Source: Oligoflexales bacterium
GTDB lineage: Bacteria > Bdellovibrionota_B > Oligoflexia > Oligoflexales > CAIYRB01
Direction of reading: 5' to 3'
DNA: 64,000 nucleotides
Assembly (NCBI GenBank): GCA_041736175.1
Contig: JBGSUI010000126.1
Location: forward strand, 33,352-97,351
The notes below the pieces were generated by a model. That model saw only the letters and a program-made list of their open reading frames with translations, had not been told where the DNA came from and ran no database searches. Of this stretch, positions 51,565-61,061 are shown piece by piece. Each line of letters opens with the position of its first letter. Position 1 is the stretch's first letter. Both the position numbers and the translations under genes were made by a program.

Positions 51565-52917
51565 TTACCCTAGGATTTCGGATTCTGAAAAGTTTTCCAG
51601 AGTCTCTTTATAGGCGGCTAAAAACCGGGCGCCCCCTTCGCCATCGATGACCCGATGATCAAAGGTCAGACCGATCTGGACCAGGGGTCTGATGGCGATA
51701 GTCTCCTGGGGACCAGCGGGCGTCGGCGTCGTGATCACCACGGGACGCTTGATGATCGCGCCGATGCTTAGGATCGCCACTTGGGGTTGGTTGATGATAG
51801 GGGCTGAGACGAGGCTGCCAAACATTCCCGGGTTGGTGATGGAAAAGGTACCTCCTTGGATATCTTCGAGGGAGAGTTTTTTGCTGCGGGCTTTTTGTGC
51901 CAGCAGGGTGATCTGCCGCGCGATGCCCAGGAGATTGAGGTCTCCGGCGTTACGGATGACCGGGACGATCAGTCCGGTCTCAATAGCGACGGCGATTCCA
52001 AGGTTGATCGAATCTTTCCATAGGATATGATCCCCATCGACGGAGACATTGACGATGGGGAATTTTTTAATGGTTTTCGCCGCCACATAGGCAAAAAAGG
52101 CCGTATAGGTCAGGCCAAATCCCTCACGCTTTTTGATGGTGTCTTGGTGACGCTCCCGGAGGGATGCAATCCCGTGGAGGTCCATTTCGAAGACGGTCGT
52201 CACATGGGGCGAGGTTCTGACGGAGCGCAGCATATGTTCGGCGGTCAGAGACCTGATTTTTGACATCTTTTCTCGACGGACCGCCACGCCTTCTAGGGTT
52301 TCCCGACCATCCACCTGCTTGGTTTCGAGGGGGGGCGGCGAGAATGGCCCGGACATTGAGGCTGGGGAACTGGGGAGAGCCACCGACGGACTGGGTGGAA
52401 GACCGTCTAAATCTTTGAGGACGATTCTCCCGCCTAACCCTGAGCCGGCAATCTGATCGAGGTTTATCTTGCGGTCGTGGGCCACTTTTCGGACCAGGGG
52501 CGATGATAACGATGTGGTTGAGGCTTGTGGGGCCTGGGCCTCTCTGACAACAGGTGGGGGGACGACTGGTATGACAACCGGAGAGACAATCGGAGAGACG
52601 GACGAGGAGGCTGTTGGAGAAACGCCTGGGGAATTTTCTGGGTTTTCCTGGTTGGTCGCCGAAAGAAAAATCACGGGACTTAAGACAGGTACCAGTTGTC
52701 CCTCTTTGGCGACGATCCGCGCTACGATGCCATCGGCGGGGGCTGGGATTTCCGTGTCGACCTTGTCGGTGGAGACTTCAAACAGGGGTTCGTCTTTTTT
52801 GACAGACTCACCGACCCCCTTGAGGCTCTTGACAAAGGTTGCCTCGACGACCCCTTCGCCCAACGAGGGGAGAATCACCGGTATCATCGACGTGTGGTTT
52901 TGATCAGATGTTTCCAT
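51565..52917 (-). CDS. 2-oxoacid dehydrogenase E2 (dihydrolipoamide acyltransferase)
   Basis: Lipoyl motif STDKVDTE, SPLVRK peripheral-subunit-binding domain, DHRVIDG. Confidence 0.95.
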   Translation of the reverse strand: METSDQNHTSMIPVILPSLGEGVVEATFVKSLKGVGESVKKDEPLFEVSTDKVDTEIPAPADGIVARIVAKEGQLVPVLSPVIFLSATNQENPENSPGVSPTASSSVSPIVSPVVIPVVPPPVVREAQAPQASTTSLSSPLVRKVAHDRKINLDQIAGSGLGGRIVLKDLDGLPPSPSVALPSSPASMSGPFSPPPLETKQVDGRETLEGVAVRREKMSKIRSLTAEHMLRSVRTSPHVTTVFEMDLHGIASLRERHQDTIKKREGFGLTYTAFFAYVAAKTIKKFPIVNVSVDGDHILWKDSINLGIAVAIETGLIVPVIRNAGDLNLLGIARQITLLAQKARSKKLSLEDIQGGTFSITNPGMFGSLVSAPIINQPQVAILSIGAIIKRPVVITTPTPAGPQETIAIRPLVQIGLTFDHRVIDGEGGARFLAAYKETLENFSESEILG

Positions 52918-52944
52918 GGCGCAAATCTCCCCAAAAGGTGGCTT

Positions 52945-54342
52945 TTACAGATGGATGGCCCCACCCATGGCGACATGGGCGGCTTCCATAATGGTTTCGC
53001 TCATGGTGGGATGGGGGTGGATGGTATGGCCGATCTCATCGATGGTGGTTTCCAGCACTTTTCCTAGGGCAAACTCTGAGATCAACTCAGTGGCTCTCGC
53101 TCCCACAATATGCACTCCCAAAAGCTCTCGGTAGCGGACGCCGTAGAGGATTTTGATAAACCCTTCGGTAGCGTCTTCGATCTTAGCTTTAGCCATGGGC
53201 GCAAAGGGAAATTGGGCGACTTTGTATTCGATCTTTTCGTTTTTAAGGGCCTGCTCGGTCTTGCCGATGCTGGCGATTTCGGGGGAGGTATAAATGGCAT
53301 TAGGGTTGGTAAGGTAGTCGATAGGATGGGTTTTTTTGCCTGCAATATGCTCCACCGCTTGGATCGCTTCGGCGGATGCCGTGTGGGCCAACATGGGGGT
53401 TGGGATCACGTCGCCGATGGCGTAGATGCCAGGGGCTGTGGACTGGTAGTGGGCGTCAACGGTGATAAAACCCCGGTCGAGTTTGACTCCTAAAGGCTCA
53501 AGTCCCATCTTTTCCGTACAGGGGACTCGACCGACAGCGACGAGCACACATTCAAAGGAGCGAGCTTCGGCGCCTTCTGTGGTGACCTGTGCATGGTCCT
53601 TGCGGGCTTCTACCTTTAGGATTTTACAGCCCGTCTCCACAGTGACGTTTTGCTTTTTGAGGGATTTAAGCAGCTCTTTGACGGTGTCTTGGTCTTCGCT
53701 GGGCAGGATCTGCGGGGCCATCTCCAAGATCGTCACCTGGGAGCCAAATCGACCAAAGAGCGACGCAAACTCGGTGCCGACCACTCCTCCGCCAATCACA
53801 CACAAGGTTTTGGGGACTTTTTTGATGCTTAGAATATCGTCGGAATTGATAATCGTCGTGCCGTTGGTGGCCGCGACCTGGGGGATTGCGCGGATTTTAG
53901 AGCCTGTGGCGACCAGGATGTTTTTAGTGTCGAGGGTGGTGGTCTTTTGGTCGTTGCCGGTGACGAGGACTTTTCCCCGCCCTGAGAGCTGACCGAAACC
54001 CTCGTAGACATCGATTTTATTTTTTTTCATCAAGAAACGGAGTCCTTTGCGCTGGGCGTCGACAATGGTCTCCTTGCGCTTGAGGATGCGGCTCCAGTCA
54101 TACTCCACTTTGCCGATAGAAAATCCCAGATCATCTGCGTGTTGGAGTTTGGAGTAAGTCTTTGCGGACTCTAGGAGCGCTTTGGTGGGGATGCAGCCCC
54201 AGTTAAGACAGGTTCCGCCGAGATGGGGTTCTTTTTCGACGAGTGCCGTTTTAAGGCCTAGCTGGGCAGCCCGAATCGCGCCGACCTCTCCGCCAGGTCC
54301 GCTGCCGATGACGACGATATCATACAGATTAGATTGAGACAT
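52945..54342 (-). CDS. lpdA: dihydrolipoyl dehydrogenase
   Basis: GSGPGG, GGTCLNWGCIPTK, HPHPTMSE. Confidence 0.97.
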   Translation of the reverse strand: MSQSNLYDIVVIGSGPGGEVGAIRAAQLGLKTALVEKEPHLGGTCLNWGCIPTKALLESAKTYSKLQHADDLGFSIGKVEYDWSRILKRKETIVDAQRKGLRFLMKKNKIDVYEGFGQLSGRGKVLVTGNDQKTTTLDTKNILVATGSKIRAIPQVAATNGTTIINSDDILSIKKVPKTLCVIGGGVVGTEFASLFGRFGSQVTILEMAPQILPSEDQDTVKELLKSLKKQNVTVETGCKILKVEARKDHAQVTTEGAEARSFECVLVAVGRVPCTEKMGLEPLGVKLDRGFITVDAHYQSTAPGIYAIGDVIPTPMLAHTASAEAIQAVEHIAGKKTHPIDYLTNPNAIYTSPEIASIGKTEQALKNEKIEYKVAQFPFAPMAKAKIEDATEGFIKILYGVRYRELLGVHIVGARATELISEFALGKVLETTIDEIGHTIHPHPTMSETIMEAAHVAMGGAIHL

Positions 54343-54479
54343 TCCTTACTCCATTGCAATCGACCATGCCAAGACCAGGGAGTTTAACGTGAACGACCTG
54401 AATTTGCAGCCAAAATATGATAGGATTAAAGAGGAGTCGAGGGTTGTGCCGATAAGGTGTTGTGAACTGAGGAGGCTTC

Positions 54480-54770
54480 ATGGGACAAGTAATTCCGTTT
54501 GCACCGAAGAGAAAAAAAGACGATTCCAACCAAACCCTCGATCCGGAACAAGCCGACGAGGCCCAGAGGCTAATGGATATCGCTTCGGAGCTGGACGATG
54601 TGATCCTCCGCAATCTCAACCAAGGGGACGTGGATCCCAGGGATTTAGCTGGTCTCATCTCCCACCGTCTGGGGACTTTGATCAGGCATTTAGACGAAAA
54701 AGAGCGTCTTTGGACCGTGTGCGAGCAGGTCCTACGGTCCCAGGCAGCCTTAAGCCCTAAAACCTCTTAG
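54480..54770 (+). CDS. small hypothetical protein
   Basis: GAGGAGG RBS; 96 aa, helical. Confidence 0.7.
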   Translation: MGQVIPFAPKRKKDDSNQTLDPEQADEAQRLMDIASELDDVILRNLNQGDVDPRDLAGLISHRLGTLIRHLDEKERLWTVCEQVLRSQAALSPKTS

Positions 54771-55393
54771 CGAGCTTGGAGCAGGTCGCCACCTCGGGCG
54801 AGGTGGGGCTTCACCAGGTCTTTGAGTTTTTGGATACCCTGTTTTTTAGCTGCGGAGACGGGGACAAGGTGCAGGTCGTCGGGGGTAAAACCCCAGAGGG
54901 CCTGAAACTGCGCTTTAAGGTTTTTGACCGCTTGGGCGGCGTCTTTTTGGTTGATTTTATCAGCTTTGGTCAGGACGACCGTAAGCTGGGAGCCTGGTTG
55001 GCGGTAGAGTTGGTTGATGATCTCCAGGTCGGTGTCGTCAGCGGCTCTACGGATATCCATCAAAAAGAAACTCTGTTTGATCTGCGGTCTTTCAAGGTAA
55101 GCATCCACAAGGGCCTGCCAATGCTGACGGCTTTGAGCGCCGCTTGCGCTGTAGCCATAACCGGGCAGGTCTGCCAGGACGACCTGTTTGTCCCCTTGCC
55201 TGAGGAAAAAAAGGTTGACCATCTGGGTCCGGCCTGGTGTCGAGGAGGTCCTTGCCAGCCCTCGGTGATCCGTTAGGGCGTTGAGAAGGGTCGATTTCCC
55301 GGAATTAGACCGACCGACAAAACAGACTTCAGAGTAGATCCAGGCGGGGAGCTGCTCAGCTTTGGCGGCGCTTGTGATGTATCCCGATTCCAT
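54767..55393 (-). CDS. engB: ribosome biogenesis GTPase EngB/YihA/YsxC
   Basis: GRSNSGKS, SSTPGRT, DLPGYGY, TKADK. Confidence 0.95.
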   Translation of the reverse strand: MESGYITSAAKAEQLPAWIYSEVCFVGRSNSGKSTLLNALTDHRGLARTSSTPGRTQMVNLFFLRQGDKQVVLADLPGYGYSASGAQSRQHWQALVDAYLERPQIKQSFFLMDIRRAADDTDLEIINQLYRQPGSQLTVVLTKADKINQKDAAQAVKNLKAQFQALWGFTPDDLHLVPVSAAKKQGIQKLKDLVKPHLARGGDLLQAR

Positions 55394-55694
55394 AAATTCC
55401 CAATCGTAACAAAATGAACGAAACGTGATGGGCCATTTAGCATGTATTTATGAAATTTTCAAATCCTTTGCGCGAATCTCAAGCAAAGACTTGACCACGG
55501 AGTTCACGCTCGGCTAGAAAGATCAGTTAAACTACTGGTGTAGTTTTTATGTTGATTTTAACATATTGATATATTAGCAATTATTGAAAGTCATTTTTTG
55601 AAATTTATATTAATCTAGTAATTATAGTTGATTATAAACATCAGAAAAACTAGACTAATGGTTATTCTGATGATTTTTGAGGAAAGATACTTAA

Positions 55695-57245
55695 ATGGCT
55701 TTAAATAATAATTTTTTCGGAAGACAGAGGGAGTTGCGGCAACTCAAGGAGATATGGAGCACTCCTGGTGCAGACCTTGTATTTGTACGAGGACGTCGCC
55801 GTATCGGGAAATCACGTCTTTTACGCCAATTAGCCATGAATACCGGTAGTCCCACGGACAAGGCGTTTTTCTTTTCCGGACGCGTCGATGAATCTGACGC
55901 AGCCTGTCGGGAGCGTTTCGCTAGGGACTTCGACGAGTTTATCGGTGCGCCGACGCTTATGACTTTACGGAAAAACCTCTTATCTTGGGACAAGATCCTT
56001 ATTGCCGTGGCCGAACAGGCAAAGGCGATTGCTGCTAAGAGTGGACCGAAGATGCTATTTGTCATAGACGAAATACAGTGGCTTGCGAAACGCCATTCAG
56101 GGGTTTTGGGCGCAATCAAAGAGTTTTGGGAAAAAACTCATCCAATTATCCCCATAAAAATCGTTCTTTCAGGTTCTTCCAACCGCTTTTTCGCAGCCCA
56201 GGTCGATCATGCCGAGGGCGTCCTGAGAGGTTTACGAACTAAAGGCGATCTGGTTGTGGCGCCTTTTAGCCTTGAGGAGGTTGGCCTTTACTATTTTCCA
56301 AATTGGACTAAGGAGCAGGTAGCGCTTATTTATATGCTGGTTGGCGGAGTTCCTTATTACCTAGAACAGATTAAAGACTCTGGAAACTTTCTACGTTCTC
56401 TGAATACGGCGATGTTTACTTCGCAAAGTATATTTATCGATGAAATAGATGCTGTCCTCAAAATTGAGACCGCGGGAAAGGGGGCACTGGAAAATGTAAA
56501 GCGAGTCCTCAGCGCGTTAGGTCAGGATGGAAGCACCGAAGCAAGGATTGCTGCTACCACTGGGTTGGGCCAGAGCAGTGTTCATGACATTATTGCGCGC
56601 ATTGAGTCTTTTGGGATTGTCAAGGAAAGGCTGCCTTTTGGTGTCAAAAGAACCAAAAAACAGGATGTCCGCTACTACATGGACGATTTTTACCTCAATA
56701 CTTATTTCCAAATTTTACTGCCGATGCTTCCCCGCATCCAAGGTAACATCAATAATGCAATGTTGATCAATCACGTGATCACGTCTGTTGACGGTTTTTA
56801 CATCGGCGATTTTTCTGGCAGAGCTTTTGAGCTTTTGCTCCTACAATTTCTTGAATCGGGTGCATACGATGTCAGCAAACGGGTTGCCCCCATTTTTAAA
56901 TTGATGAATCTAGGGGAAGAAACTTATGAAGTCGGAACTTACTGGATGCATAACCAAACGCAAATTGACATAGTGGTTTCTTGCGACGCTGATAGGCAGG
57001 TCCGGATATTAGAAGCAAAATGGAAGGGAATAGCGACGAGTGGGGCGGAAACAGCGGAGTTGGTGCAAGCGGTCACGAAGAAGTCTTTCCCGCTCCCCAA
57101 CAACTCCTGGACTCGCCGCAATTTTCTCATTCTGTCAAAAGGTTCATCCTCACCAGGGTTGGATAGGGCCAGAGAGGCAGGTGTGGAGATCATCTCTCTG
57201 GAACAGATTTTTGGCGATGCTACAGAACCGCCCCTGACCACCTAA
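55695..57245 (+). CDS. archaeal-type ATPase with wHTH and C-terminal PD-(D/E)xK-like (DUF234-type) domain
   Basis: FFGRQREL, GRRRIGKS, IDEIQW, GGVPYYL, QIDIV...ILEAKW. Confidence 0.88.
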   Translation: MALNNNFFGRQRELRQLKEIWSTPGADLVFVRGRRRIGKSRLLRQLAMNTGSPTDKAFFFSGRVDESDAACRERFARDFDEFIGAPTLMTLRKNLLSWDKILIAVAEQAKAIAAKSGPKMLFVIDEIQWLAKRHSGVLGAIKEFWEKTHPIIPIKIVLSGSSNRFFAAQVDHAEGVLRGLRTKGDLVVAPFSLEEVGLYYFPNWTKEQVALIYMLVGGVPYYLEQIKDSGNFLRSLNTAMFTSQSIFIDEIDAVLKIETAGKGALENVKRVLSALGQDGSTEARIAATTGLGQSSVHDIIARIESFGIVKERLPFGVKRTKKQDVRYYMDDFYLNTYFQILLPMLPRIQGNINNAMLINHVITSVDGFYIGDFSGRAFELLLLQFLESGAYDVSKRVAPIFKLMNLGEETYEVGTYWMHNQTQIDIVVSCDADRQVRILEAKWKGIATSGAETAELVQAVTKKSFPLPNNSWTRRNFLILSKGSSSPGLDRAREAGVEIISLEQIFGDATEPPLTT

Positions 57246-57369
57246 GCCCATTGGGCTCCAAACAGATTACAGTCATTGCTGTAGACTCGCGCCTTACAAC
57301 GATCACAAACTCAGGCAATCAGTAATCACTTGGATTCATTGGATAAATAAAAATAAATTGTTGAAAAAC

Positions 57370-57396
57370 TAAAGTTTAGGATGGACCTGTCGACCA
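57370..57396 (+). promoter_or_regulatory. sigma28 (FliA)-type promoter
   Basis: TAAAGTTT-N11-GTCGACCA, about 50 bp upstream of ATG 57449. Confidence 0.62.
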
Positions 57397-57448
57397 TACA
57401 GGGTGCCTGAGGGACCCCTCAGGGATTTTTTAACCTAGAGGTGAAACC

Positions 57449-58966
57449 ATGTCCAAAAAAACAAGACTGTTTTGTTCTGCACATGAGGCATACTTAACTT
57501 GGAGTCTTCCGTTGCAAACTGGTTTTCGGAGATCTTTACTATGTGGTCTCCTAGTGGCAGGGGTCATAGCCTCTGGCTGCGGTCAAACCGATGAAAAGGC
57601 TCAGGATCCAGAAGGCGAGGGCGAAACCCCATCATCCGTAACGATGCCCCGCGGAGCGGAAGCCATCGGCCAAAACGCCGAATCCTCCAGCCCACCTAAG
57701 GTCCAACCCCCCGTGGCGGCTCCAGAGGCTCCTGCAGCCGAAGACTCGACCCCAGATTTGGCAAGCCTTATTAAGTCAGAGTCCCAGCTCTATGAGTATG
57801 TGCAGAGTTCTATAGCCAGTGCTATCGAAGGCTCGCCCTCGGCGATCGGCGCAGAGAAACCGGCAGAAGCCGCCGCGAGCCTCTCCCTAGCCGCCGCCCC
57901 GCTGGCAGCGACCCAAAGCAGCTTGTATCCCCTTTGCTCTTCCGAAGGCGATCCTTGGGATAGTGGGCAAAAAAAATTAATGGACCCGACGACCAAAGAG
58001 TTTTCCCAGGCAGCTTTCTACTGCCAGCTTAATGCCTCTGACACCCGCAAGACCGTCCGCGGTGCCCTCGACCAAAATCGGCGCATCCTGTGTGATGTGG
58101 AAAAAACCCTTGGGTCCCTGATCTACCAAGCTCAAGAAAAAACCTATGGGGGCGTGGTGATCAATCTCTCCCTAGGCTGTGGTTGGACTGCCCAAGAACT
58201 AGCCCTCTTTGGCAAGACCCAGATCACGGGAACCGTGAAAACCCAGGCCCTGGCCGCGGGAGAATGGCAAAAAAAGCTGGTGCTAGATTTTCCCGGCTCG
58301 GTCGTTATGACTCTATTTGCGACGGTGTCGAAAACCTCGGTTTCGTTTAAAGAGATCCAAGGCTGGAAAAAAGTTGAAGCAAAGACCGCCAACCAGTACC
58401 TCGCCCAAGATGCCGTTGGTTCCCATGGCCATGTGATCCAGTTGGACTATGCCACCGGCACCCTGAGGGCCGAAACCGCGGACACCTACTGGGGTAAGCG
58501 GGTGCGTCTGGTGGCTAAGGGCACATTGGATCCGGCTACAGGTCGGTTTAAAAAAGTCGATACCCTTAACGGCATTTACAGTCGCTTTAACAAAGCTGGA
58601 GACGAAGGCCATACTTTTATCGACAATGCCGTGGCTTCCGTCGTAGGTAACGGGACCGACGGGTTTGCCTATCTCTCAGGGATTTACCATTGCCCCCAGG
58701 ATGCTGCCTGCAATCCTAACAACGAAGAGCTGTTTTCACTCACTATATTAAACCAATCTAAGATTACCTGTGTTCCCTTGACCGCGAAATGCATCGGCAA
58801 CAACGGTTTGGCTTTTTCCCGTGCTGCAAATGTCTTAAACTATCTGATGATTGGAGCTGCCTGGGATGATCAGGTCAAAAAAAGAGCCCAGTTTGATGCC
58901 TGGCTAGTCAGTGCCGGGATTCCTAAATTTAATAGCGTGGACTTTTCTTTGGTTTTAGCACCGTAA
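57449..58966 (+). CDS. hypothetical lipoprotein
   Basis: ASGC lipobox, Pro/Ala/Glu linker, beta-rich body with paired Cys. Confidence 0.78.
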   Translation: MSKKTRLFCSAHEAYLTWSLPLQTGFRRSLLCGLLVAGVIASGCGQTDEKAQDPEGEGETPSSVTMPRGAEAIGQNAESSSPPKVQPPVAAPEAPAAEDSTPDLASLIKSESQLYEYVQSSIASAIEGSPSAIGAEKPAEAAASLSLAAAPLAATQSSLYPLCSSEGDPWDSGQKKLMDPTTKEFSQAAFYCQLNASDTRKTVRGALDQNRRILCDVEKTLGSLIYQAQEKTYGGVVINLSLGCGWTAQELALFGKTQITGTVKTQALAAGEWQKKLVLDFPGSVVMTLFATVSKTSVSFKEIQGWKKVEAKTANQYLAQDAVGSHGHVIQLDYATGTLRAETADTYWGKRVRLVAKGTLDPATGRFKKVDTLNGIYSRFNKAGDEGHTFIDNAVASVVGNGTDGFAYLSGIYHCPQDAACNPNNEELFSLTILNQSKITCVPLTAKCIGNNGLAFSRAANVLNYLMIGAAWDDQVKKRAQFDAWLVSAGIPKFNSVDFSLVLAP

Positions 58967-59140
58967 GATTTTAGGATTCCTCCTTTAAATCTGCGGGTGC
59001 TAAAGCTGTCCCCCCATTGCGAGATGCCTGCCTACATTTTATGCGCTTGTAGCACCTGTAGATAACAGCAGGTCAGCAGGTTTAAGTTTGAGGGGCTTAG
59101 GCGACCTAAAAATATTGAGTAAAATGCTGAGCCCATCTTT

Positions 59141-59156
59141 TGGCTCAGTTTTTGCT
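59141..59156 (+). promoter_or_regulatory. sigma54 -24/-12 promoter
   Basis: TGGCTC-AGTTT-TTGCT with correct spacing, about 55 bp upstream of ATG 59210. Confidence 0.62.
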
Positions 59157-59209
59157 ATTGGGTACTTTAATTGAGCGTTGATTGAGATCAATAGATTGGA
59201 AGGAAAAAT

Positions 59210-61048
59210 ATGCCCGTACCAAGCGTTTTAAAAGTCCTAAGCATCATCTCTGTATGTTCTATCTTAGTACCAGCGTGCCAGCGCAAGAATGACAGCACCC
59301 TATCTGCCAAGTATAGCGACAGCTTATCAGTGATTGAAGAAGAAGGCGGATTTAAGGAAATTTATGCAAAAGTATTTGGCGGCAGTCCTGCCCGAAATGC
59401 CGACGAGCAGGTGGAATTGTGGCCGCACACCCAAGAGGCCTATCCAGCTTTTGCGTCCATGAATTTTGATATCTATAAACAAATTACTGAGCAGACTAAG
59501 GAAATTCTGAACAAGGATCACGTGCTCTCTAAGATTAGAGAGATGGCTAGAAGCTACAATCTGTTTGTGTATCTTAGTGGTGCGTCAGCTAGTCGAGTGG
59601 CTTACCTAGCAACCCTGGGAGTCCGTCGAAAAAATGGTGATCGTCGGATCTCTCCATACCGGGTGGGGCATCACTTTGACGAGATGTTCCCCTTTCGTGA
59701 GAGTCTTATGGAATTTGTCGTTGACGGTGGGACACCCCAGATGCAGAAGCTTTTTTCGGAGGAACTCGAGAAATTAATTTCCCCTATCCATCACGTTGCC
59801 GTCGAGAGTGCTGCGGAATTTGATGCAAGAAAATCCCGGCTTAATAATAGCTGTTCCCGTGCTCTGATTCCCTTGGAAACTTCCCTCTGGTATGGTCAGC
59901 AGCTTGGCACGTTACCCTTTGTATTCAATCAGGGAGTTTTAAATGAAACGGATAGTGGTAAAAAGGAATACACACTCGAAGATGTGACGGACATCCTTGG
60001 CTGTCTCTCACTGTTTGATCTCTCTCCCACCAAGGATCTTACAGATTCCCTGCGGAATTTTATCTCAAAAATCGATAAGGCCGGTCCTATCAGTATTCGA
60101 GCGCAGCGGTATACCTATGCCATGCTTTGGGAGATGCGGCATATCTACCGTTTCCGCCCTCTCTTAAAAAGTCTTGGCTGGACAAGTGAAAAGGTCGTTA
60201 ATGCCTATAAGAGTCTAGAGAAATCCGATTTTAGAGAAGCTATTCTATCGATGATTGATAAAGAACCTATGAATTTGGGATTTGGTGGGCTTGTGGGTCA
60301 GCCTAATCCAATGAAGTTTGGCGATATAACTCAGAAGATTGAAGAGTCTTTGAAATTCAATCACTCGTGTGGAAAAGAAGCAAATTATGCCCTGAGACGA
60401 AATCCCTACGGGCTCCCCAATGCCTACATTTCACGGAAAAATCCTGGCAAGGCTCTAGGTAAGGAGATAGCCGTTTATGGTGACGGCTTATACTCTCTGC
60501 CAGGATGGAAGGATTCATATGGTGGATTGGCGGTATATTTAATGTCTACTCCAAGAGCTCCTTTTTGGGGGCAGAATTGTAAGAAGATAGAGATAGGTGG
60601 TTCCGAAAAAGTGACCTATGCTCTTTCGAACCATGCAAGCTATTTTTATGTTGTTGATCCTCGTCCCACCTACAAAGAGGTTACGGTTACTTCCGATTTA
60701 TGGTTCGCTAAAGAATATGCGATGCAGGATCGATGCAAACATATCCCTTGGAAAACGTTTTTTATACAAGAACAGCTCTTTAATGGCAATTTCCAGGACG
60801 CTGAAAAAATAGCGTCTTTATGGGCTGCATCAGATGGTGACCCTTTATTTGACAAGCGAAGTTATACTTCCTATTTTAAATGTGAAGTGATCTCAAAGGA
60901 TGATGTGGCATGCCGTTTAAGGCCAGAATATGCAAAGTATTTTAAACCCGGTGCGCAGAAGCCGCCACAGGTTCTACGACCAGTACGGCCAGTATTAAAA
61001 CCAAAAATTGGAACTCATCCCGTGCCACTGAAAGCGGCTGGAATTTAG
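59210..61048 (+). CDS. hypothetical lipoprotein with possible NTase-like and ART-like regions
   Basis: VPAC lipobox; VYLSGASA...EFVVDG; FNH...NAYISR...YGDGLY. Confidence 0.7.
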   Translation: MPVPSVLKVLSIISVCSILVPACQRKNDSTLSAKYSDSLSVIEEEGGFKEIYAKVFGGSPARNADEQVELWPHTQEAYPAFASMNFDIYKQITEQTKEILNKDHVLSKIREMARSYNLFVYLSGASASRVAYLATLGVRRKNGDRRISPYRVGHHFDEMFPFRESLMEFVVDGGTPQMQKLFSEELEKLISPIHHVAVESAAEFDARKSRLNNSCSRALIPLETSLWYGQQLGTLPFVFNQGVLNETDSGKKEYTLEDVTDILGCLSLFDLSPTKDLTDSLRNFISKIDKAGPISIRAQRYTYAMLWEMRHIYRFRPLLKSLGWTSEKVVNAYKSLEKSDFREAILSMIDKEPMNLGFGGLVGQPNPMKFGDITQKIEESLKFNHSCGKEANYALRRNPYGLPNAYISRKNPGKALGKEIAVYGDGLYSLPGWKDSYGGLAVYLMSTPRAPFWGQNCKKIEIGGSEKVTYALSNHASYFYVVDPRPTYKEVTVTSDLWFAKEYAMQDRCKHIPWKTFFIQEQLFNGNFQDAEKIASLWAASDGDPLFDKRSYTSYFKCEVISKDDVACRLRPEYAKYFKPGAQKPPQVLRPVRPVLKPKIGTHPVPLKAAGI

Positions 61049-61061
61049 CATCGTGCCTTGG

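Noticed and set aside
54355..54371. sigma54-like TGGCAT...TTGCA upstream of lpdA
   Set aside because: GG-GC spacing is 11 nt rather than the strict 10, and it sits very close to the RBS.
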